The position numbers and the translations under genes were made by a program. The notes under the pieces are model-generated. The model did not search any database, was not told where the DNA came from, and worked only from the letters and a program-made list of their open reading frames with translations. DNA of 64,000 nucleotides from Rhynchopus sp. YZ270_cl-10 (Eukaryota). Shown here piece by piece: positions 37,362-48,100 of the stretch (its first letter is position 1; every line of letters starts with the position of its first letter). Location: NCBI GenBank assembly GCA_964035575.1, contig OZ037847.1:992001-1056000 (forward strand), written 5' to 3'.

Positions 37362-37851
37362 ACCAGAACCCCCTCACCCCCTCATTTTACTACATTCGAT
37401 GATAATATCTTTGCATGATCTTGTAGCCAGAACCCCCTGACCCCCCCCCCGCTGTTAATGAAAAAACAAACCCAAACTTAGTTGGAAAAAAAAAAGCCAA
37501 CATCAAAATCGTTTTCAAGAAGAAAAGGAGATTCAAATCCAGGTATATGTGTACGAGATGCACATTCATCTGTCAATTTATTTTTCTCTTTTTTCAGACA
37601 TCTGTCATACGTTCATTTTCCCCCAAAAAACAAAAATTTGGAGGCTGCGTCCACATGGGACGTTTGTACTTCTTTTTTTGTTTGGGGTCTGACCAAGAGG
37701 AGCCATGCTTCAGGGCAGCTTTTCTCTTTTTTTCCACCACTCGTCCATCGAGATGTTGTACACTCTCAATTTGATTTATTTGTGTGTGTTGTTTTTGGAT
37801 GGCGTGGCATTCAAACATTTTTCAAAAAAAAAAAAAATGGAGATTTTTGCG

Positions 37852-38872
37852 CAGGCTTTTTTCTAAATCAGGTATTGATATTGGGGTTTTGAAAAAATAA
37901 AATATGCGCACTTTATTTCCCGGCTATAAGGTCCCACCCAGCGCACTTTTTTTACTCGGTAGAAGGTAGGTGGGTTTCTTAGGGATAAAGTGACCGAGAA
38001 AAAAAATGGTGGTCGTCATGTCCTCAAACTGTCCAAAAACAACATTTTTGAAGAAAAAAATAACACAGTTCTATTTTTCCTCCGCCTGCAGCGGGCTGCC
38101 TCCCTTCCCCTTCAAGTCCCACCTTCACCACATTCACAATCACCACTACAGACATCACAACTTGAAAATAAAATAATGCCTGGTACAGTACAGTACAGTA
38201 CAGTACAGTACAGTACAGTACAGTACAGTACAGTACAGTACAGTACAGTACAGTACAGTACAGTACAGTACAGTACAGTACAGTACAGTACAGTACAGTA
38301 CAGTACAGTACAGTACAGTACAGTACAGTACAGTACAGTACAGTACAGTACAGTACAGTACAGTACAGTACAGTACAGTACAGTACAGTACAGTACAGTA
38401 CAGTACAGTACAGTACAGTACAGTACAGTACAGTACAGTACAGTACAGTACAGTACAGTACAGTACAGTACAGTACAGTACAGTACAGTACAGTACAGTA
38501 CAGTACAGTACAGTACAGACTACCAGAGTGGGACAAAAAAAAGCTCATCTCAAAATATGTCGATCACAAAAAATCGCAAAAAAATCACGACCTGTCGCAA
38601 AGAATCACAAAGAAGAAAAATGATTCTTTGTGATTTTTCGTGACTGCCCAGTTCCGACCCCCCTTGTCGCCACCCCATACTCAAAAAAATGTCCATTTTT
38701 CCAAAATGACCCCACCACATGCCGGGATCGGCTCGGAAATGCGACAAAACGCACTTTCAGGGGGGGGGAACGCACTTTTTTTGGGGGGAAATGCACAGGT
38801 ATGTTGCGCACTTTTTTTACTATTGATTTTCGGTTTTTGGGAAATTTTGGACCCGATTTAGAAAAAAGCCTG
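37852..38872. mobile_element. Non-autonomous TIR element, 1021 bp, carrying a microsatellite
   Basis: 22-bp TIR CAGGCTTTTTTCTAAATC(A/G)GGT with 1 mismatch. 9-bp TSD ATTTTTGCG (37843-37851 and 38873-38881). Confidence 0.9.
38183..38518. repeat. Perfect (CAGTA)n microsatellite, about 67 units
   Basis: Directly visible. Confidence 0.98.
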
Positions 38873-39729
38873 ATTTTTGCGCAACTCCCTAGTGCAGCAC
38901 TCCGGGGGGGTTCGATAACCTACGGAGTCCCAATTGTGCACATGAAGTAAATATGTTGCTATGCTTATTGGGTCGGGCATTTTTAACCAATTCCTTTTGG
39001 TATTCTCGATTTTTTTTTTTTGGCTGCACGGTACTTATTTTTAGGTGCTTTGTATGTGCACATGAGGCACATCCATCTTTCAAGTTTTTTCTTCTTCTTT
39101 ATCTTATGATGAAGGGCTCTTTTGTTCATAAGCTGTACAACCCATTCAATTCTATAAGGCAACCCCCCCCCAAAAAAAAAATACTGGTACCACGACGATC
39201 GCTTGGGAAGTCTCCTCTCGCCTTTTTTTCCCATTGTGCATGAGAGAGGTCCATCTTTCAAGTTCTCTTTTTTTAGAGTTGGGGCAAAAGAGGGTTTTCG
39301 ATTTGCTTCACAACCCCCCTCTGCCTCACTCCTTTGTATAAAGTGTGATGCCTGTTCGCCCCTCCACAGATGCCAACACAATGCACAAAAATTCTATCCT
39401 TTTTTTGATACTTTTTTCGCTACAAAAGCCAACCCCCCTGAGTTGGATCCGTGATTACCAACCCTTCTTTCCGGGTGTTGCAACCATTCTTACCTGCAAC
39501 ATTCTCTTCGCCAAATTTAACAACAAAGACCCCCACATGGCCCCCCCTTTTTTTTCCAACCATCCTCAAAAGCACTTCAGCGACCGAAACGACCAGCGGA
39601 GCCTGACAGAACGGTGCTCCATTTCCCTAAGAGGTTCTCTCTTTTGTTTGTACATGCTGTTCTTCCCCAACTTCCCTCAACCTCTCTCAACGATATTTCT
39701 AGGTGGCCGTGGGGCGCATCTCACCAGAG

Positions 39730-42033
39730 ATGAACGTCCCTGTGCGGCGTCTTGCTGTGCAATGGTCTTACACGCGGTGCTTCTCTTCGCAGCAGCATCA
39801 TGCAAACCAATGGGGTGGTGATGTGGCACCACCGCCTTCTAGTCACTTCTCGGATGAAGAGAGTGCGGCATATTTAGCGCGCGTTTTGGGCAGCGAGGAG
39901 AGTGCACGAAGGCTGCGTAAAGACTACGTTGCCTCGAAACGGAAGTTCCTCAATCTTCTTTCCTCTGTCGGAAAGCTGCGTGCTGCCCACAGCGCTGTCG
40001 GCCCGCTATCCTATGAGTACCTTCTCAGCATGGCAGCCGCCCTCAAGCTTGTAGAGTACGGGTCGCAACTCATAGCGGAGATGCATGAACGTAATGTCGA
40101 GATGACACCCGAATCACTGTCATATGTGTTGTATGTTATGGTAGTAGCCGGAAAGGACCCCACACCACTGTACTCCACGTTGCGAGGTAACGGTCAATAC
40201 CCCACCGGAGTCGGCCAGAGAGCAATGCTCGCGTACTGGGAGAAGACCTGCAACTTCGAGGCAGCAAAGGAGCTGATGGACGCACTCATCGCTGAGAACG
40301 CTGCTTCGAGCTTCACGTGCTGTGTGTACCTCCGTTGTTGCAGGTCTGTCGCGCATGCGTGCAGCCTTATCCCTACCCTTCCTTTCGACGTTGCAGACAA
40401 AAAGGGAGGACAAGTGGAATTTGCGCTTCTCTATCTGTGCGACAGAGATCGGGATGCAGCGCGTGCGCAACGCATTCTCTCTGCAATGCACAGGCCGGTG
40501 GCGAAGCACTTCAACCTCGTTGCGTTGATCTATTTGAAGCAGAAAAACTGGAGACGAGTGTTGCGGACGTTGAACCTCATGAAAAAGAGGAAAGTCGAGA
40601 TGGATGTGCGTACCATCTCTGTGTGCTATTCGGGGATGAGTCTGGATCTTACGCACCTCATGAAGTTGGATGATCCTTCGCGCACAGAGCAAAGGATCAT
40701 CCGTCTTAAGAAAGAGGCGGCTGAATTGTACCGGCACAGCCTGATGACAGATACCTTCCGACATTCACAGTATCTTTACGGGGGTTACATCGAGTTTTGC
40801 AGTGTTTTCGGTAATCTATCCATAGCCGAAGAGGTGCGCGCAGAGCAAAAGAGAAACGGTGTGAAGGAAACCTCACGGTTCCTTGAGTTGTATGCTGCGT
40901 GCGAAGCCACACACCGCAGGACACAGACACCACCGCCTTCTAGTCACTTCTCGGATGAAGAGAGTGCGGCATATTTGGCGCGCGTTTTGGGCAGCGAGGA
41001 GAGCGCACGAAGGCTGCGTAAAGACTACGTTGCCTCGAAACAGAAGTTCCTCAATCTTCTTTCCTCTGTCGGAAAGCTGCGTGCTGCCCACAGCGCTGTC
41101 GGCCCGCTATCCTATGAATACCTTCTCAGCCTGGCAGCTGCCCTCAAGCTTGTAGAGTATGGATTGCAACTCATAGCGGAGATGCACGAACAGAGTGTAG
41201 AGATGACACCTGAATCTCTGTCATATGAGTTGTATTTGATGGTAGTAGCCGGAAAGGACCCCACACCACTGTACTCCACGTTGCGAGGTAACGGTCAATA
41301 CCCCACCGGAGTCGGCCAGAGAGCAATGCTCGCGTACTGGGAGAAGACCCGCAACTTTGACGCAGCAAAGGAGCTGATGGACGCACTCATCGCTGAGAAC
41401 GCTGCTTCGAGCTTCACGTGCTGTGTGTACCTCCGTTGTTGCAGGTCTGTCGCGCATGCGCGCAGCCTTATCCCTACCCTTCCTTTCGACGTTGCAGACA
41501 ATAAGGGAGGACAAGTGGAATTTGCGCTTCTCTATCTGTGCGGCAGATACCAGAGTGCAGCGCGTGCGCAACGCATTCTCTATGCAATGCACAAGCCGGT
41601 GGCGAAGCACTTCAACCTCGTTGCGTTGATCTATTTGAAGCAGAAAAACTGGAAACGAGTGTTGCGGACGTTGAACCTCATGAAAAAGAGGAAAGTCGAG
41701 ATGGATGTGCGTACCATCTCTGTGTGCTATTCGGGGATGAGTCTGAAGCTTGCGCACTTCATGAAGTTGGATGATCCTTCGCGCCGCACAGAGCAAAGGA
41801 TCAGTCATCTTAAGAAAGAAGCAGCTGAATTGTACCGGCACAGCCTGATGACAGATACCTTCAGACATTCGCAGTATCTTTACGAAGGCTACATCGAGTA
41901 TTGCAGTGTTTCCGGTAATCTATCCATAGCCGAAGAGGTGCGCGCAGAGCAAAAGAGAAACGGTGTGAAGGAAACCTCACGGTTCCTTGAGTTGTATGCT
42001 GCGTGCGAAGCCACACACAAGAACCTGCACTGA
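39730..42033 (+). CDS. Probable mitochondrial PPR-like helical-repeat protein made of two near-identical ~367-aa halves
   Basis: Transit-peptide-like start MNVPVRRLAVQWSYTRCFSS. PPR-like segments (HFNLVALIYLKQKNWRRVLRTLNLMKKRKVEMD). Direct repeat with a 1101-nt period. Confidence 0.75.
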   Translation: MNVPVRRLAVQWSYTRCFSSQQHHANQWGGDVAPPPSSHFSDEESAAYLARVLGSEESARRLRKDYVASKRKFLNLLSSVGKLRAAHSAVGPLSYEYLLSMAAALKLVEYGSQLIAEMHERNVEMTPESLSYVLYVMVVAGKDPTPLYSTLRGNGQYPTGVGQRAMLAYWEKTCNFEAAKELMDALIAENAASSFTCCVYLRCCRSVAHACSLIPTLPFDVADKKGGQVEFALLYLCDRDRDAARAQRILSAMHRPVAKHFNLVALIYLKQKNWRRVLRTLNLMKKRKVEMDVRTISVCYSGMSLDLTHLMKLDDPSRTEQRIIRLKKEAAELYRHSLMTDTFRHSQYLYGGYIEFCSVFGNLSIAEEVRAEQKRNGVKETSRFLELYAACEATHRRTQTPPPSSHFSDEESAAYLARVLGSEESARRLRKDYVASKQKFLNLLSSVGKLRAAHSAVGPLSYEYLLSLAAALKLVEYGLQLIAEMHEQSVEMTPESLSYELYLMVVAGKDPTPLYSTLRGNGQYPTGVGQRAMLAYWEKTRNFDAAKELMDALIAENAASSFTCCVYLRCCRSVAHARSLIPTLPFDVADNKGGQVEFALLYLCGRYQSAARAQRILYAMHKPVAKHFNLVALIYLKQKNWKRVLRTLNLMKKRKVEMDVRTISVCYSGMSLKLAHFMKLDDPSRRTEQRISHLKKEAAELYRHSLMTDTFRHSQYLYEGYIEYCSVSGNLSIAEEVRAEQKRNGVKETSRFLELYAACEATHKNLH

Positions 42034-42118
42034 TGTGTACAACAAAGCACCCCACCCACCCCTTCTACGCACCTATGCAACACACTACCACCCCACCCTA
42101 CAGAAGGAACCTTTAACT

Positions 42119-45100
42119 ATGTGCCGCAGAGGCCCGCAAGGCGGGCCAGGTTTTGTACTGTACACCTTTATTCTGATTGCAACTGCGTCTGTGGAGGGGC
42201 ATGTGGGCAGCAGTGTTGTGGTCACCGAGCGAGACGCAAGCAGCGCAGCTGAGACGTACGAGGCGCCTGTGTGGCTGACTGTTGGGCGGCAGTACGCGCC
42301 TTCTGCGGGGGGTGCTTTGTTGGAGACTGTGTTCAAGAATGTTTATGAGCGTGACGCAGGCGGGCCGCTGCTTGAGTACGACTTTGAATCCTTCGACTGG
42401 GGACAGGGCAGGCAGGTGGACGGCAGCATGGAGTTCCGCCTGGTGTACCCACTGGACCCCTCCGTCCCCACACTGCGGTGGCGGCAGCAGTCCCTCCCTA
42501 CATACGACGGCGCGGTGCTTGGCTTCGACCCCCTCGACGTGCCTGAACAGGACACCACGTCGCTGACGTACTTCTCCGGTCTGCGCCGTGCCTCCTACAC
42601 CGCAGGGTCAGGCAGCACCAACACATGGGCCATGCTCGACGGCTGTGCCTCCTTATGCGGCTTCCCTTCGTTTGGGGTCACCACGACGTCTGACAATGGC
42701 CTCCTTCCTGGGCCCTGTGGTGTCAACGACACTGCCCTCTGGGAGGGTGAGCGGACAGCGCCCAGTGGCTGCTACAACGTCAAGGCTGTGGAGCTGCAGA
42801 TGCGGCAGTGGAGCCTCCGCCGCAGTCCTTCTGAGGTGGAGACACGCATCCACCCACAGGCGTCGTGCAGGCTGGGCGATTGGTTGTACACTTCGACCTC
42901 TCGTGGGCTTGCACGCAGCCGCATATGGTCCACAGTGCGTGCACAGGAGATGTCCCTACTCGGAGATGCCTGCGACGTGGCCGGTGCCTCAGTGCATGTG
43001 TCCTGCCGCACAGGTGACACAACAGGTCTGCTCTACGACCCAACCCTGTCCAGTATCTGTGTCGTCGACGCAGACGGCATCGAGGCATTCAACACAAGCG
43101 TGCCGCTGTCCAAAGGCGTCTATGTAGACCACGTACACTTCCCCACAGGCACAGCAGACTTCACCCTCGCGCTCTGGGCGAAGTACACTGGATACGCGTC
43201 GTCAGGGGTCGAAGATCTCTTAATGATGAACGGCGTAGTGCTCCGTGTGCTTGCCGACACAGACCCATCTGTGCTGTGTGGCTTAGGCGACGCGACAACG
43301 GTTCTCAACGCGACAACGACTTACAACACCACATGGGCGGCGCTGGGTCAGCTGCACCACTACGCTTGCGTCCGGTCTGAATATGGGACAAAGCTTTCTC
43401 TGTACGTTGACGGGGCGCCTGTGGATGTGCAGTACACGGAGCTGCCTTATTCACTTCCATCGAGTACGACGGTGGGCTCGTCGGGTGGTGTTGCGTCGTC
43501 TGCAGGTGGTGCCACTGCTGCGTTCCTGATGGATGACCTGCGTGTGTACAAGCGCGCGCTGCGTGGTGTTGAGGTGGCTTCGCTTGCTGCCAGTGAGTGC
43601 AACGGGCCTGCTGCAGCTGTTCTGTGCGACGCTGCCGACGGTGTTGTCTACTTTGGTTCGTCCGACACATCGCAGCAGGGCACCTGCCGTGTGCGTGCCT
43701 TCAATGTGCGGACCGAAGCTATCGAAGGTGTGCGGCGCTCCTGCCCAGCCCTAGGCAGCGCCTCGCAGCAGGAGCTGCACTCCTTCCGCCAGATCACAGG
43801 CATATCAAAGAGCGGACGCGACCTCGTAGTGACAGGGAGTGCCTCCCATGCAGTGGCGTTGGTGCCCATAGATGATGATATGTCTGCCACGTTCCTGTTT
43901 GCATCGGCCTCCAAGGAGCAGTACCAGCCAGGCCTCCTGCTTGCTGTGTCCTGTTCAGATGTGCGGGGCAATGTGTACCACATCAACGGACACACGAAAG
44001 TGGTCTCTGTCCTGCGCAACCGCTACAGCAGCTCGGCCGGCTTCGAGCCTCTGTTTAGCACCCTGGACGTAGACGAGGTGGCCGGCCCGGTCAGCAGCTG
44101 CACAGGGACTCTTGGGTCGCTGTTCCTCTCGGACCGTTGGGGTGTGGTGCAGGTGGATTTGTCCTCACTGCGGGGATCGCGTGTTGTGGGGTTCTCAGGG
44201 GGGGTGGGGACGGGGTTCTTGGGTGCTGTGCACGACGGGACGGACCCTCGAATGATTCCCTTTGGGCCATGCGTCTCTGTGACGATGAGTGCGGGGACAC
44301 TGCACGCTGTGGCGGATGCGGGCACGGTGCTGCAGGTGCGTGATCTGTTGCACGACACGGCACCGGTGTTCTCGCTTCTCTATGGGCAGCCAGGTGAGGA
44401 GGAGGTACCGGCAGTGCACAGCAGTGCCAGCGTTGACTACACAGCGATGATCACGAACGTGCAGACGGTGGACGAGCACGTTGTGTCCGTTGTTGAGAGC
44501 GACGATCCGCGGACGTGCGCGCTACTGTGCAACGGCGCATCTGTGTGCGAAGGGTTTGTGTGGTACTCCGCACGCGCACGATGCGAGCTGGTCGCGACCA
44601 CTGCATTTGTGGTGATGCCCCATGGGACTGGTGTGTACTACAAACGACCCTCTGACGCGAGAGCAGCGTCGAGCATCACCTTTGCGTCGCATGCACGCCT
44701 TGCCTCTGCCACAGCGGCAGGCGCACTCGATGTCGTCCCACACTCTATGTGCGAGCTGGAGGGCGCGCTGTACATCCTGGGTGGCCACCGCCTGCTTCGG
44801 GTGAACATCAGCAGTGGTGGGGTTGAACACATTGCAGGGAACGGTCTGTCCTCTGATGCCGCATCTGCCGACGTCACGCCTGCCTCACCCGCAACACAAC
44901 TCACAGACGGGGCGTTGCTGTGCACTGCCCCGGACACGGTCCTCCTTGCACAGATGCGGCACAGCTGTGTCCGCAGCCTGAACACCACGACCATGGGGCT
45001 GACCACTGTTGTCGGATCCTGCGGCACCATCGGCAACACGACCACCTCCAGCCTTGAGTGGATCTCCTCCACCACACCGCTGGGTGTCCCCACTGGCCTG

Positions 45101-48100
45101 GCACAGCATGGCACTGCGGGGCTCGTCTATGTTGCGACACCCGGCAACCGCGAGGTCTGGGAGGTCGACATCGAACGTTCACTGCGCAGACTGGCTGTCC
45201 TGAATGGGAGTACCTCCGACAATGGCACGACGTCTGGGCTGGACTATCCTTCCGGTGTGGCATGGCGTGGGGGTGTCGACGACGACGTTCTCATTGCCGA
45301 CACAAGCCTCATCTATGCTGCAGACGTCACCTCTCAGGTGGTGTCGGTTGTTGCGGGGACATCGTATCCGTATGTGCTGGACACGGATCCTACTAGGCTG
45401 CAGCTTGCTTCTATAGGCTATGGTGACACTCCGTCGAGTGCACATGTCGTTGCATCGGTGAAGCCCGGTCTTGGCCACTCCGGCACCACCACGTACACCC
45501 CCTCCTTGCACGCAGCGCACCTCGCCGCCTTCGACGCAGACGCAGGGCGGCTCTCCCTCCTCAAGCTCCCTGCCCCCCTCCACGGTGTCACCCTTGCACC
45601 ATCCTCCGAAGGTTTGCTCATAGGCGGTGCATCGTACGGCACCCCGTACCACGGCGCTGTCTACCGGGTCAGCAACCTGCACCGCAGTGCACTACGGTTG
45701 TGGGGTGGGTCTGTCGTGGCGAAGGGGGTGGAGATGGTGGGGGGGTTTGGGATTGAGCTGGATGTGCGGTTTGATGTGTCTGTGGGGCATGCGAATTGGA
45801 CGTGTTTGGTGGGGTATGGGGGGTTGGTGGTGGGGGTGTTGGAGGATACGCGTGGGACGTATGTTGCGGTAGATTTGTTTGGGACGCAACGGGTGCTTCG
45901 TGCTGCAGGGTTGACTGACGGCCTGTGGCATGTGCTGAGCGTGTCCTACCACAGTGTTGCTGGTGTCGTCGCTGTCAGTGTCGACGGCGTCACCGACAGC
46001 GCTTCCACCACCCACACCAACACAGAGACACCCCATCTCTTCGTGGGTTGCCACGCTGTGGTGCGCAGCTCGCACTTCGGTGCACACTTCTCCCTTACCC
46101 CCACAGAGGTCTCTGTCGCCAACATCACTGTCCACCACGAAGGGCCTTCCTCCCACTGGCAGCTCAATGGCAACCTGCACGATGCAGGGGGTAAGCACTT
46201 CAGTGTCTTTGATGGGGCACCCTCTTTTGTTCTTGGTCATGAACTCCCACGGCGGGGTGGTGGGGGGCGGGTGGGGCTTCTGAAGCTTGGGAAGGCATCG
46301 CTTCTGAAGGGGGCTGCTGTGTGGGAGGCGGTGGGGCCTTGCGGTGAGGCTGTGCGGATGCGGGGTGGTGGTGCGGAGTTGGGTGTGGTGCACCTGGGGA
46401 CGGGACGGCTCGAGCTTTCGCTCTGGGTGAATCCTACCTCAGGCAGCCAACCCCTTCTCGCTGCAGGCCGCTACCGCGTCTACCTGGACAACCTCACCCC
46501 AGTGGCAACAGACGGCACACAACGCTGTGGTGCAGCACCCCTTGAGTTGCTCTCATGGATCCACATCTCCGCAGTCTTCCATCTCGATGAGCACCGTGTG
46601 GAGCTCTCCCTCAACGGTGCAGCGCCACGCACCTGTGGACTGACACCTGCTCACAGAGAGGTTTCCTTGGATGCAACTTTCGGGATAAAGGAAGGATCAC
46701 CTTCCTTCTCTGGACTCATCTCTGGTGTGGTGGTGTCCGCACTCCCAGAGAAGGAGGTGTGTGAACTGCACTGCAAAGCGCAGGGCGACAACCGGCTAGA
46801 GGTGGGCCCGGGACAGAGCCTTGTGGGTGGGGTGGGTGGGGTGGTGTACTACTCTCGCCTGTACGATGTGAACAGCCGCCGTGGGCAGAGGCTGGTAGGT
46901 GTGGCTGCACAGCGGGAGGATACATCCCCGGGGGTTACGGGGAGCATTTCTGTGGGTGGGTGGGTTAGACCCAGGGCACGGGCCACGCAGGCAGGGCCAA
47001 TGCTGCTGCTGGCTCACAAAGGGGATGGGAGGGTGGACTCATACTCTGGGCGCTGGTGTGTCGACAACCAGTTGGGTGACCTCAGTGGGAACAGTCTCCG
47101 CACGAATGCCTCGCAGCATTACTCAGGGACACCTGCGCCGCATGGAAGGATGGGGCAGGCATGCACGCATGAGAATGAAGTCAGTGCAGCGCATTCGTGG
47201 ACGATGTCTGCTTCAGCGTCGATGTGGGTGAAGTACAGCCACGTGGCGCCTGCCTGGCCGCAGCCGCTGTTGCGTTGGTCGTCTGCCAACGACGTCAACA
47301 AGTACGTCTCCATCGTTGCGGAGCCGTCGCAGTACGCAGACTACGGCGCAACCCTGCAGGGGCAGTGGTGCACCAACCGCCTTGACGCCGCCGCCGACAC
47401 AGGCCCCTTCAGACGGCACCTCGCCCCAACGGACCTGACGCTGGACGCTGCGCAGTTCGGAGGCGAGCACCACATCCCGCAGCGTGGCGGCGGGTACAGC
47501 GGGGTGTGCAGCTTCCCCGAGGGCAAGGTGCTTGCTACACAACCTAAGGCACTGTCGTCGACGCTGCGCACGTACATGGGGTGGGTGTACATTGCACCCA
47601 CAGAGGGGCGTTACCAGGACCAGTACGTGTTGCTGCACATCCCCCTGCACATGGGAGTGTATGGGTACACATCGTCGCACATCAAGTTCGGTGTGGCGAC
47701 GTGCTCCGAGGCGACAGGGTACTGCGAGGCGTTCTTGAACTGGAAGAGCTCGGACGGCATGAATGGGGCAGTGTCGTCGTTCCCGCGGCAGCCCGTGCCC
47801 ATCGGTGCATGGACACACATTGCGGCAACGTGGTCATCGAGTAATGTGGGCAGGATCTACGTCAACGGAGAGCTCATCACACGGGCATCCATTCCGCCGA
47901 ACACTGGCGTTCCAGATACCATCGTGCTTGGGGGTGAGCTGTCCGGGAACTACCTGCACGGGATGGCACACGATGTGCGGGTCTACGACGGTGTTCTCAA
48001 CAGCACACAGATCAACACCATTGCCGCCAACCGGGAGAAGGTTGCGTCTGTGCTGAAGTGGCGCAACGGTGCCTCCGCTGCAGAGGTGACATGCACCATG

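Noticed and set aside
37990..38643. ORFs encoding (STVQY)n and (YCTVL)n
   Set aside because: Artefacts of the stop-free (CAGTA)n microsatellite inside a TIR element.
38889..38922. GGTTCGA as a tRNA T-loop or B-box
   Set aside because: No cloverleaf or acceptor stem could be formed.
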